A DNA stretch of 62,888 nucleotides, filler included, from Sanchytrium tribonematis (GCA_018985235.1; 15 parts of 15 records of this genome joined end to end with filler, not necessarily neighbours in it); one strand, 5' to 3'; shown: positions 41,711 through 52,931, counted from the first letter of the whole stretch. The notes: a model not told the origin generated them from the letters alone. Program-made: numbers and translations.

Positions 41711-42904
41711 GGGGGATTCAAGTCACCGGTAGAACTTTGGTGAGATAAATTGATTGGCTTAATTTGTGCAAATGTTTGACCATCTCCTTTCATTCTTCAA
41801 CTTGCAATTCACTTGGGTGAACGGGTGAAGCAAATGTCGGACTCGTCAGATGAAGATTTAATTATTATTAAGTACCTACATTCCAAACAACAGAAGCCAA
41901 AAAGACAACCAAGGACCCATTATCATCCAATTGTGAAAATTAGAGACTGGTTTGAAGTGAATGTTCCACAATTATCCGAAAGCCGGTACAAATACTTCTT
42001 TCGAATGACTAAAAGTCATTATGAGTACTTTAAGCAAACAATACTAAATAGCGGGTCACCATATCTTGAAAATTTGAATATTGGCAAATTGCATATTTTA
42101 TTGGAAACAACGCGGACACTACAGAAATTAGTGATAGATTTAACATTTCAGCAGGAAGTGTAATATATTATATTGATCAGATGTTACAATTAATAAATGA
42201 CATTTATGGAATTTATGTCAAATGGCCAGCACAAGAGGAAAAAAGACAAATAAAGCATAGATTCTGGTTGACGTCATTGTTTGATAATTGTATTGGTGCA
42301 GTTGATGGTACTCATTGCAGCATTCCTGGAATAGGCAAATTCAAGCAAAGTTATGTTACTAGAAAATGCCAATACGGCATCAATATTACTGCAGTTTGCA
42401 CACCCAGCAAACAGATTTTTTATGCTGTGGTTGGAGCACCAGGATCATATCACGATAATCGTGTTTGGGAGTTGAATGATATTTTTAAAAATTCAAACAA
42501 TTACTTCCAAAATCAAGAATATCTCTTCGGGGATAGTGCCTATACATTGAATGAGCGCATGATGACACCATATATTGGTAATGTTGATCAAAACAAAAGG
42601 AATTTCAATTTTAAGCACTCTCAAGGACGAGTCATCATTGAAAATACATTCGGTTTATTAAAAGGTAGATTTAAGATAATGGGCCAACAAATGAAGTGTA
42701 TGAAGCTTTCCAAATATGTGTTAATATCTAAAGCATGTATTACAGTACATAATATAATAATAGAATATGACAAATTGTGTAATTTAGAAACTAATTTTGA
42801 AATTGAGGAAGATGACTTATACATTTCAGATTGGAATGAAATGCAACAATTGAATCAACATGGAACATCAGTAACAGGTGTATCTATCACTGGACATTCA
42901 AGAC
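41711..42904 (+). mobile_element. PIF/Harbinger DNA transposon, left end plus transposase (frameshifted, cut by contig end)
   Basis: Starts TGA|GGGGGATTCAAG (3-bp TSD-like plus G-rich terminus). Transposase from ATG 41834 has FRM, an HTH, GAVDGTH, G..HD, GDSAY and R..IEN.FG.LK.RF. Frame changes near 42085. Confidence 0.88.
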
Positions 42905-43188
42905 NNNNNNNNNNNNNNNNNNNNNNNNNNNNNNNNNNNNNNNNNNNNTTAATTAATTAANNNNNNNNNNNNNNNNNNNNNNNNNNNNNNNNNNNNNNNN
43001 NNNNCCGATTATCGGATATGTCCTTGATTGTTTGCGTGTAATATTGGTGCGCCCCCGTCGTTATCGCCAACATTCTTTAAGGTATTATCAAATTATTTTA
43101 TTTGAATTAACTTTCGACAATACGGTTTTTATTAAAAGGGGATTTTAGTAATTTAAAATATGAAGCAACTTAACAATCAGGTTTATTT

Positions 43189-43338
43189 GCAGTGGTACAC
43201 CAAGTGAAAAGAGTCGCCTAAGCGTTCCTTAATTATTGATTGATAAATGTTGTGATTAAATATTTTATTACTCCATAAATTTCAAGCTGAACAATCAAAT
43301 GGATTTTTATTTCCTTTTCAAATATTCAAAAGCATATT
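43189..43338. repeat. Imperfect direct repeat of about 150 bp, copy 1
   Basis: GCAGTGGTA...GTTGTGATTAAATA...TTTCCTTTTCAAATATTCAAA matches 44307-44469. Confidence 0.85.
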
Positions 43339-43425
43339 GACATTTAAAATGTAAACTAGACTAGGTGAGGCAATTGACTCTAAAGAATTTGATTTGGACA
43401 AGGAACACCTCATCTATGGAAGATT

Positions 43426-44205
43426 TCATTTAAATGTGTTCTTGAATTCGTAGTAGTTAGCATGAGCTTCTTTTATAGTCTTGAACAAGTTTTTATCCTT
43501 GTATCCAAATCCTGTGAAAAATTCATTCCATGCTCTATCATGATCCACATAATTTTCATAAATCCAAATATAACCATGTTGAAGATTGTCTGATGCACTA
43601 ATTTGACTATCAGTCGGATCTCCATAAGCATTGATTATCGCCCATTTATCATTTTCACAGTAGTTGCCATTGAAATTGATTTGAATCGTTTGGTGAGAAT
43701 ACAAAGCATTCAAGTCAGCCAATGCATCCTTAGAATAAGACGGAATAGCTTTGATCAGCTTCTGAAGAATTTGTAAATCATCTTCACAAAGTTGGTTGTT
43801 GCTGATGTCCAAATACTCCAATTGGCTAATATCCAGTTCATTTAATTTACAGTAATCAACAATATTTATGTATATATCATTAAAGTAAATGCATGAATCT
43901 TTAAAGCTTTCTAGAATAGATGATTGTACTTTACGTTGGAAATTGAGTCCGAATGAATTGGTTTTGGTTGATATTAGCATTACAGGTGTTAAATCAGGTG
44001 CAAATAACTCTCTATTAAATTGTTTTGCTAATTTGATATGTTTTGGAGCGTGTTTTCTAGCCATGGCTAAAAAATCATCATCTGTGTATTCAAAACAATC
44101 TTCAATTGTAACGATATCAAAAGCATCTCTAAGCAACACATCATACTTGTTGCTCTTTCTCATTTCGTTGAATCGTGTGGCAATGACTTCGTCACTGGGG
44201 TACAT
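43426..44205 (-). CDS. Orphan protein with a degenerate LRR
   Basis: LEYLDISNNQL and INFNGN LRR-like strands, C-terminal IWI...W...H..YY. Confidence 0.65.
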   Translation of the reverse strand: MYPSDEVIATRFNEMRKSNKYDVLLRDAFDIVTIEDCFEYTDDDFLAMARKHAPKHIKLAKQFNRELFAPDLTPVMLISTKTNSFGLNFQRKVQSSILESFKDSCIYFNDIYINIVDYCKLNELDISQLEYLDISNNQLCEDDLQILQKLIKAIPSYSKDALADLNALYSHQTIQINFNGNYCENDKWAIINAYGDPTDSQISASDNLQHGYIWIYENYVDHDRAWNEFFTGFGYKDKNLFKTIKEAHANYYEFKNTFK

Positions 44206-44306
44206 CAAACAAATGAAATTGTCAACGCTAGTAAGCGAAAAGCGTTGACAATTCGATTGTTTTGCGACATTTGTTTTTATCTGGTATAGAAAAATTAAAA
44301 TTACAC

Positions 44307-44469
44307 GCAGTGGTATATCAAATGCAAAAGGGTTGCCTTGGCGTTCCTACATGATTGATTGATTGATAAAAGTTGTGATTAAATAGTTTTATTACTTGTA
44401 CTCTATAAATTTCGAGATGAGCTTCCAAATATATTTAATTTTTCCTTTTCAAATATTCAAATGCATATT
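44307..44469. repeat. Imperfect direct repeat, copy 2 (overlaps the 3' end of the DPP pseudogene)
   Basis: Aligns with 43189-43338 with small indels. Confidence 0.85.
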
Positions 44470-44912
44470 CATAAACATTGTATCTGTAGCTACCCATGCT
44501 ATGCCTTACATAAGGAAAAACTTTCATTTCAACTTTCGCGTGTATACATAGTGTCGTACAAGAGCCAATCTGTCACAGGAGCAACACAAACAATAGCATT
44601 GAACAAATGTTCCTTATCGTATTCTGCAATTTTAAGACCCAAATAACCACCATAACTCCATCCAAAATAATTAACCGATTTAACATCTGCCAAATCTAAA
44701 AGATATTTGGCAAAAATAAGCATTCCATTTGCTTCCTGCACACCCAATTGTCGATTGATTGAATATTTTTCATTTGCAAATGTTCCAGGACCATCTACAA
44801 TATAAACAATATAATCTCTATTTACGACTTCAATATGCATATGATCAATGTCATACTTATAAGATACTGACTGACTATCAGGTCCTTGATAGGGATGTAT
44901 CAAAACAGGGTA
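44435..44912 (-). pseudogene. Dipeptidyl peptidase IV (S9B) 3' fragment with internal deletion and frameshift
   Basis: YPVL..Y.GP.SQ, GWSYGGY and APVTDW..YDT.YT, then jumps out of frame to MKVFP...HSM...YAFEYL. The catalytic Asp segment is missing. Confidence 0.75.
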
Positions 44913-45012
44913 NNNNNNNNNNNNNNNNNNNNNNNNNNNNNNNNNNNNNNNNNNNNTTAATTAATTAANNNNNNNNNNNNNNNNNNNNNNNNNNNNNNNN
45001 NNNNNNNNNNNN

Positions 45013-46630
45013 ATTTTACCATATAAGGTCCTTCTAATGAATATCCCAATTTACGATAATAATCACGTGTCCCTACACCTGCAATCACTCCCAATTTCAC
45101 ACTACCATGTTCATCACGCGCAATTCTCTCTGCTTCTTCCATTAATAATGTCCCAAATCCCTGATGTTGAAATTTAGTAGGATCTCTAGAATGAATCCCC
45201 ACGACACTCCCATACACATGTAATTCTCTCACAATACTCTGTGGCACTTGATTCACTATTAATTCTTTTCTAAAAGTGGTTTCACTGCATTTACGCAATC
45301 TTAATAATCCAATTAATAAATCTTGATTGGCATCTTCATAAGAAATAAAAGATTCCCATCCACCATTAGCAACATAATCACGACGGATTAATTCAACGTG
45401 ATTTGGGACTATTTTAGAGTGTATTTCTGCAATACCGACTTCTCTAGATCGCACATCTCTACATTTTAATTTTAAATCTTTCATTCGTTGCATGGCTAAT
45501 TCTCTGATATTGCCATGTTCTACACCAGATGTGACTAATGGCATTGGAATATCCCTTTGAACACGGTAGACTCTGACCCAGGGTGGCACGACACTCAATA
45601 TTTTAGCCAATAAATCAATTAAATCATTTGGTTTATAATTCTTGAATCTGCCTTGTCGCCATAATTCATAGATACCAGTACCACGAATGACTAATAATGG
45701 ATATATTTTGAGTCCATCAGCTCTGAATTTGGGAGAATCAAAGAATTCATCGAATTGGTCTAAATCTCTTTCCATGTTGACATTTGGGAGATTTGGCATC
45801 ATATGGGCTACTACTTTATATCCAGCATCTTTAGAGAGTTGGAATGATTCACAAACTGCTTTGACTGTGTGTCCTCTGTTCGTATCACGTGCTACATCTT
45901 CATACACACTTTGTACGCCAATTTCTAATCTAGTGCATCCATATTTGAGTAAATCATTGATGTGTGGTTTTAAACAGTAGTCAGGGCGTGTTTCTATGGT
46001 GATTCCAATACATTTGGTGGTAGATTGCTCGCTATAAAGCACAGATTCATCAATATTGAGTGAATCATGGCCAGAAAGCGCATTGTGTAATTGAGACACG
46101 AAGGCATCCCTGTAATCAGATGGTAAACTCATAAATGTGCCACCCATGATGATATATTCTACTTTATCGCAATTATGGCCTAATTGTTCTAATTGCTTTA
46201 ATCTGCCACGTGCTTGTTCGTATGGGTCATATCTGGCACGGATAGCACGCATAGAAGTGGGTTCGAATCCAGTATAAGATTGAGTAGAATATTCAAAGTC
46301 AGAATCGGGTCCACCAGGGCAATAACTGCAAACATGTTTCGTATAGGCGATATGGGGACATCGATGGGGTTTAGCCATGACTGCGACAACCGCAATACCA
46401 CTAGCAGTTCTAATGGGTTTGGCTTTTAATCGTGGCAATAACGATTTCTTATGTTTCTCAGGGACACACGCAATAATGTCAACTAAACGGGGTTGGCTAG
46501 ATAATCTATATTTTCTGGATATTTTAGATTTTAGAGCATTTAAATTACAGGATTCATTTGGTTTTAGTTGGATTAAATGGTTGACGATTTCAGTACACGC
46601 TAAAACAGTTGCATCTTTTTGAAGCGACAT
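45013..46630 (-). CDS. ELP3: Elongator complex catalytic subunit 3 (radical SAM + KAT), last codons cut
   Basis: [19 protein letters not shown]...C.YCPGG, ETRPD, RELHVYG, QHQGFG. Confidence 0.97.
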
Positions 46631-46726
46631 GGCAACTCCTTGTTTAATCCGATTTTAGACCAACACGAGTCCATTTCGACTGCACGAGTCAAATGAGTTT
46701 AATGGTTGTCAAATCAATTGTCAAAC

Positions 46727-46918
46727 ATGGGATTTTTAGAGACTACCAAAGAGAATTTGAAAACTGGAAAGACGTGCGTGTATGCGAAATGGTGTGCCGT
46801 TATTGGCTTCAATTTAGCATTAATTGCATTGATATTGGGATATGTGTATGGCTATAATGCGGATTCAACTGGTATTATATTTCTGATATTAATTGGGATA
46901 TTTGTAGAAGTGGGATTG
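46727..46918 (+). CDS. Tvp18-like Golgi membrane protein, 5' fragment
   Basis: E.LKT....VYA.W followed by TM segments and FVE. Cut by contig end. Confidence 0.5.
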
Positions 46919-47018
46919 NNNNNNNNNNNNNNNNNNNNNNNNNNNNNNNNNNNNNNNNNNNNTTAATTAATTAANNNNNNNNNNNNNNNNNNNNNNNNNN
47001 NNNNNNNNNNNNNNNNNN

Positions 47019-47718
47019 TGGATGATTTGTTGGTATTTGGAGATGGTTTGATGATTTGTGGATCATCTAATTGGTAATTTAAGATATAACTACCATTTTT
47101 CATCTTATTCATGATTAAATAAGGTTGATCGATTAAATTGACTTGAAAACCAACTATATATCTGATTTTATCATTTAATGTGATTGGAATGAGGGAGACT
47201 AGATTGATAAACGGCTCACCATCCTTTTTATAGTTGATTAAAGAGAATTGACCTTCTTTAAAATGTGTAATAGATTGTTTAATTTGATAAACGACATTAT
47301 TATCTGTATATCTTCTGACTTCTCCACATTTGATGACATTGCTATTGGGTGGTGCTTGTAGAAATCTACAGTTCTTGCCAATACATTCATCTGATGAATA
47401 ACCCGTTAATTTGGTGAATGCATCAGAAACATAAATAATGGGATGATCTGGGAGTAAAAAGTCAGATACGACGAATGAACAACTTAAATCAACTGGTCCA
47501 AGATGGATTTGAGGATTAGATCGATGGTAGACATGGGATAGAGTGGATAACAAGTCAAATCCAGTGCTGGAATAGAGACCTGGCATAGATTGTGATTTAT
47601 CTGATGATTGTGGGGTGCTTTCTTGTTTATTGGATGCTTTTAGGGTATTAGAGATGGGATTGGTAGAGTTTGTTGCTGTGTTTTGAGTTCGATTTGTAAA
47701 ATATTTGGAATCGGACAT
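47019..47718 (-). CDS. wc-1: White collar-1-like LOV blue-light photoreceptor, 5' part
   Basis: YSSTGFD, R.NPQI.LGPVD.SCSF, PIIY.S..F..LTGY, GKNCRFLQ (photoactive Cys), INYKK.G.PF.N, GFQV.L..QP. Confidence 0.92.
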
Positions 47719-48257
47719 TTTTGGACGCCACTTTGATTTGGGGGGATTTGTGAGAAAATAGATGAATCGAGTCATTTGATTGGTGGAAAGATGATTTTAA
47801 AAGTGGCACCTGGTGGAATCTAGAGACGGGTGACTATGTGAGTCATGATGATACTAGATGATGGACATAAATATAAAATACGCTTATTAACATGTGAATA
47901 ACATTAAAATGGGTTGTTATTGTCCATCAAAAATCGATTTATTGTTTCATGGCGCGAAAACGTCATGATGAGTCATTTCTTCGTCATTCTATTTCAGGGA
48001 ATCGCAATCAATAAGCGATGTAATAATGAGTAAGGATGATGACGAGTGAGCTCATGTCATAGAATGACAGAATACGTATCAAAATCAATGTGTTTAGTGC
48101 TGATTTGTTAATCTGTTCAAACATTGCTTTAATAGAAAGTTGAGAGGCACAAATTTATTATGACCCACGCATATAATTGAAGAAACATTAGATCTTTAAA
48201 TGGCATTGATTAATTGGTCAACAACCCTTTCAAATCCCCTTGCAAAACCCTTTTAAA

Positions 48258-48923
48258 ATGATATTCATTCCATTTGCATTGGCAACATCCTGTTCTGATT
48301 GTACGGCATCCAACTGTCAATTCAATGCAGATGATAAGAATCTACCAGACTACATTGATAAATTGAATCAATACTGTGTTTCCCAATGTGAATCATACAT
48401 CAAATCATCCATTTCCTGTCTATCCACCAATAAATGCAATACGGACACCACCATATTCTATTGGAATGCAAGATGTGCGAATATCAACCACAATAATTGC
48501 ATTTCTGATAGATTGCAATATTGGATCAATAGAAGTTATAAATCATTGGATGATGTGATATTTGACAATATTAAAGGAAAAAACCCTGGTATTCCATGTA
48601 ATGATTGTACTAAGTTGTTGTATAGTATTGAGAAACAAGATGATTCGACGTGGGTGCGAAATATGACTGATATTATCACTAAAAGTTGTGGAACTTCATT
48701 TTTAAATGGCAATTATGACACGAAACAAATGATTTCATTGGATTCTAACGTAGCTAGTGGGACTGTGAATGGTACAAATAGCAGTGGCACATCCAATTCA
48801 GATATTGGATTGATTATTGGATTAATTGTAGCTGTAATTGCATTACTGTTGATTTCATTGTATTTTTACAAGAGTTACAAGAGAAGACAAAGAAAGAAGC
48901 AAATTCCTGTCGCAGATAGTTTT
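48258..48923 (+). CDS. Cys-rich type I membrane protein (3' cut)
   Basis: Short leader MIFIPFALA, Cys-rich ectodomain, TM IGLIIGLIVAVIALLLISLYFY and a basic stop-transfer segment. Confidence 0.75.
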
Positions 48924-49023
48924 NNNNNNNNNNNNNNNNNNNNNNNNNNNNNNNNNNNNNNNNNNNNTTAATTAATTAANNNNNNNNNNNNNNNNNNNNN
49001 NNNNNNNNNNNNNNNNNNNNNNN

Positions 49024-49601
49024 AGAGATTCTAAAGGCTCGATAGATTCGAAAAATATGTGTCCGTTGTCGCACAGCACTAGCGCTATCTTGATTGTGTA
49101 GTAAAGACATTCATTACTCTTCACCTTCAAAATACAATTGTTCAATTTGTAGTATGACTTGAGACCACTGTAAAGAGTATCGCAAATAAGTATTCCAATA
49201 CATTGGATAAATTTAATTGAAAAGAGATGAAAATGATTTTTCAAGAAATAGCTTAACGAATTTAAGAGCGATTCACACAATTCATTGTCAATATCAGAGA
49301 AAAATCTCTTCAAATAGAAATGTTCCAACTGCTCAATACAGTTGCTTACTGTATAATGGCCACCATTTGTTGACAATGACTTGAGAAGCATTCCGATAGA
49401 CTTATCAACCGAGCTGTGGAGGTTGTTTGTGGAAAATAATAAATAAATGTAATTTCCAATGGAAGTATTGTGGAAGTGATGTTTCAATAACATACACACT
49501 AGCAAATTTATATTACTTATTATTTGAGGTTGTGTGTCATCGAGACTATTATTGGCTTCCAACCACTGGATGACATCTTCTGAAGATACTTGTGCTTTCA
49601 T
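49024..49601 (-). CDS. Hypothetical helical protein (3' cut)
   Basis: ORF open to the contig end. ATG directly preceded by AGGAG. Confidence 0.55.
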
Positions 49602-49670
49602 CTCCTAATTTCTCCCCTTAATCAGTATATTCTATAAATGCCATGTTGATCAACTCATAATAATATTTAT

Positions 49671-50870
49671 TTACTTTTTGCTTTTAGTAATCTTCAACAT
49701 TTTAACGTCAAATACTAGGGTTGAATTACCTGGGATTTCAGGAGGAGATCCTTTCTTACCATAAGCCAAATTAGCAGGAATAGTTAATTTCCTGGTGCTG
49801 CCTTCCGTCATACCGACAATGCCAAGATCCCAACCACGAATAACCTCACCCTTTCCGATTGTAAAGTTGAATGGTTTTCCCTTCATATTTGAATCAAAAG
49901 TCTTACCAGTTGTGAGACGTCCCAAGTATCTAACCGACACTTTGTCACCTGATTTACACTTGTATCCATTTTGGACATTCATCTCCTTCACAACGATTCC
50001 TTCTTTAGTCACAGTTTCGCCTTTTTTATTGATTTCTTCCTTTGATTTGACCTCCTTCTTTGCCGTTTCTTCTTTCTTTGTTTTTTTCGTTGGTGCAACT
50101 TGTTCAGGTTGCTTTCTTTTGCTAGGTTGCTTGAATTCTTCAACAACATCTTCAGCTTCGTCCATACTAGAACCTTCTGAGAGTTGGTCCAAGTAATTTT
50201 GAATATCTTCATCGGCGACATTCTTTTTTCCAGTTGCTTTTTGAACCGCTTCAAGAAGCTCCTTGTAATCTTCTGCAGCTGCTTCTTCGTTAGAAGACTC
50301 CTCATCTTCAATAGTTGCCAAATATTCTGCAATGTCTTCCTCATTGACATCATCAGATCCCTTCCATTTCTTAATTTCGTCCATTAATTCTTCAAATTGC
50401 TTTTCGTCAATTTCGTCTTCAGAGCCAGCATCTTCTGCTTCTGGCATTACTTTATCCTGCTTTTCTGAAGGCTTTTCTTCGTCTAATTCAACAATTTTAG
50501 CACCTACGTCTTCTTCAGAAATGGATTCAGAATTGTCTGATTCTGCCATAGTATATTGATAATCTTCATCAAGTTCGTCTAAATCTTCCATATCTTCCAA
50601 AAGCAATTCTCCGACGAGAGAAATGTCGTTTGGCCCATCACATTCAAAAGTTACTACTTCTCCGATTTCAAAAATTGATGCCAATTCGATTTGCTCAGTG
50701 CGGTCAGTAGTTAAGTGACCCAATACAAAAGTTTGATTGTCTACTGTGACTTTTAAAGTAGTTCTACCTTTTGCAAATGATCTGAGGGAGCAGCCCGTTA
50801 ACTTCATTGGAACTTGGATAGTCTGCGTGTATTTTTTACTTTTGTCGATGTTGAGTCCTAGAAATGCCAT
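49671..50870 (-). CDS. FPR4: Nucleolar FKBP peptidyl-prolyl isomerase (Fpr3/Fpr4 type)
   Basis: Nucleoplasmin-like N-domain, acidic and basic linker, FKBP motifs RY.GRL..GK.FD, EVIRGWD and IP.NSTL.FDV. Confidence 0.92.
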   Translation of the reverse strand: MAFLGLNIDKSKKYTQTIQVPMKLTGCSLRSFAKGRTTLKVTVDNQTFVLGHLTTDRTEQIELASIFEIGEVVTFECDGPNDISLVGELLLEDMEDLDELDEDYQYTMAESDNSESISEEDVGAKIVELDEEKPSEKQDKVMPEAEDAGSEDEIDEKQFEELMDEIKKWKGSDDVNEEDIAEYLATIEDEESSNEEAAAEDYKELLEAVQKATGKKNVADEDIQNYLDQLSEGSSMDEAEDVVEEFKQPSKRKQPEQVAPTKKTKKEETAKKEVKSKEEINKKGETVTKEGIVVKEMNVQNGYKCKSGDKVSVRYLGRLTTGKTFDSNMKGKPFNFTIGKGEVIRGWDLGIVGMTEGSTRKLTIPANLAYGKKGSPPEIPGNSTLVFDVKMLKITKSKK

Positions 50871-51027
50871 TTGTTTGATCCTTTATTCTCCCTTGTACAA
50901 ATACATATTGTACTTTTGCATAAATCANNNNNNNNNNNNNNNNNNNNNNNNNNNNNNNNNNNNNNNNNNNNTTAATTAATTAANNNNNNNNNNNNNNNNN
51001 NNNNNNNNNNNNNNNNNNNNNNNNNNN

Positions 51028-51115
51028 CTCGTTATAAGATTCCAGAACGAAATTGGTAAATCACCAAATACAGGTCATCGCTATCTTGAAAGCCAAACAA
51101 AGTGGACAAAAACAT
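51028..51115. repeat. 88-bp exact direct repeat, copy 1 (cut by contig start)
   Basis: Identical to 51780-51867. Confidence 0.92.
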
Positions 51116-51779
51116 AGATCAGATGGTGCTCAAATAGATTAACAAGTAAAATCTTCGCACTGCTTTTGTTTCCCATTAGTGTCAGCATGAATGGAACTGA
51201 GACTCAATAGTTACTAAATAGGTGCTTGATGAATATACTGCAGTCAGATCTAGCACACCGGGTTTTCAACATCAATAAGTGACTACGCAATAGTGGTTCT
51301 ACATCTAGGTACTATTTCTTACTGCATGACCGCCGAGAACCATATCCCATGTGGGAATAAATCGTAATCATTCCAATCTTATTTATATACGACGTAAATC
51401 TCAACATCCTGAGGTAAGTACACATTAGCGCTCTACATCTCGTCCAGCTTTCTTCTTCAACTGTCGTATAGACTCTTACATTCAATATGACGTTTATCCT
51501 CACCATGTGATAATAATTCATTCCAGTCTTATATGCAAGAAACAATCTACCAATGTTGTGTGTTTACTTGATGCATCTTTCATATGTACCACTTGTTCGA
51601 TATTCTTCTTTAAACAATCTTTTGGAAGTCATGGTTGAATCGTGCTCTTCCAAAATTGAACAAAGGTGAAAGTCAATGGAGTGTGAATGGACGCTGTACT
51701 AGGTGGTGTATACATGGCTGAGCATCTTATTGTACCAATTACATGGCAAGACTAGGATATTTTAATATATCACCACCGT

Positions 51780-51867
51780 CTCGTTATAAGATTCCAGAAC
51801 GAAATTGGTAAATCACCAAATACAGGTCATCGCTATCTTGAAAGCCAAACAAAGTGGACAAAAACAT
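51780..51867. repeat. 88-bp exact direct repeat, copy 2
   Basis: CTCGTTATAAGATTCC...GTGGACAAAAACAT. Confidence 0.92.
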
Positions 51868-51945
51868 TCACTGATTAATGTTTAATACGTTAACACGCTG
51901 CCCACGATGGGTGAAGACATGATATATGAAATATTTAATATATTT

Positions 51946-52386
51946 TTATTGATCGTCACGCATATTTTGCTCAAGGATTTCGTTTAGTTCGTTTTCGAGA
52001 GTAGTAAAATAATCGATTTCTTTTTGATACATTTTACAACGAACAAATTTTAATCTTTCTTTAACGCTTTCCATTACTTTAGGACGATGTCGATTCATTT
52101 CATTTAAGGACATATTTGGATCCAATGATCTTAAAATACGCATAGAAAAGTCTTCCTTATTAAAATTTCGTCCTGTAGGAGATACCAGAAAGAGTCTTTC
52201 AAGATGATAATCTACAATTGGCTTAAAACTTTTAAATTCTCGCGGTCTTGTATAATAAGTGCGACCGTGTAAGTTGCTATTCTGTTGTTGATGTAAACTA
52301 CGGTCAAAGGATTCTCCGTAACCCTGAGATGCCATTTCGGTATAATATTCTTCACTCTGTCTAGCCGAGTTATTCGGATAAGACAT
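51946..52386 (-). CDS. Orphan 146-aa protein in a repeat-rich contig
   Basis: ATG-initiated ORF. No family recognised. Confidence 0.45.
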   Translation of the reverse strand: MSYPNNSARQSEEYYTEMASQGYGESFDRSLHQQQNSNLHGRTYYTRPREFKSFKPIVDYHLERLFLVSPTGRNFNKEDFSMRILRSLDPNMSLNEMNRHRPKVMESVKERLKFVRCKMYQKEIDYFTTLENELNEILEQNMRDDQ

Positions 52387-52480
52387 GAAGTTTCACCAAA
52401 CAAACTTTACTTTTTGAAACTTCGTATTCTTAAAATAATTTCTTAGTTATTAATTTGAAATATGGATAATGATTGTTTTG

Positions 52481-52541
52481 CTAGTTGGAAAAAATACTGA
52501 TATGCAATCATGGGTTCCTAGTTCGAATCTTGGGACCCCCG
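52481..52541 (+). pseudogene. Degenerate tRNA-like sequence (tRNA pseudogene or SINE head)
   Basis: TAGTTGG A-box-like, T-arm CCTAG-TTCGAAT-CTTGG and 3' GACCCCC. No matching 5' acceptor strand. Confidence 0.35.
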
Positions 52542-52698
52542 GAAATAAGTTGCAGAATTCACTAGGAATTCTCACAAATAGTTCGAGAAATCAAGGTAAA
52601 TCTTGCAAGGAGAAAATTTACATAATTTACTTCAATTTCTCATAGATTGATTGAGAATTTCCTCAATATCTTGTACATGTACTTGAGTAATCGAGTAG

Positions 52699-52931
52699 TG
52701 CAATTGACGAATATGCACTTGACAAATATGCAATTGAAATATATGCACTTGACGAATATGCACTTGACAAATATGCACTTGAAATATATGCACTTGACAA
52801 ATATGCACTTGAAATATATGCAATTGACGAATATGCACTTGACAAATATGCACTTGAAATATATGCACTTGAAATATATGCACTTGACGAATATGCACTT
52901 GAAATATATGCACTTGACAAATATGCACTTG
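52699..52931. repeat. 15-bp minisatellite ATATGCA(C/A)TTGA(CAA/AAT/CGA), about 15 copies, runs into contig end
   Basis: Tandem units read directly from the sequence. Confidence 0.95.

Noticed and set aside
46799..46817. 19-nt GT-AG segment in the Tvp18-like ORF
   Set aside because: Removal creates an immediate stop, it has C rather than T at -8, and the frame is already open.
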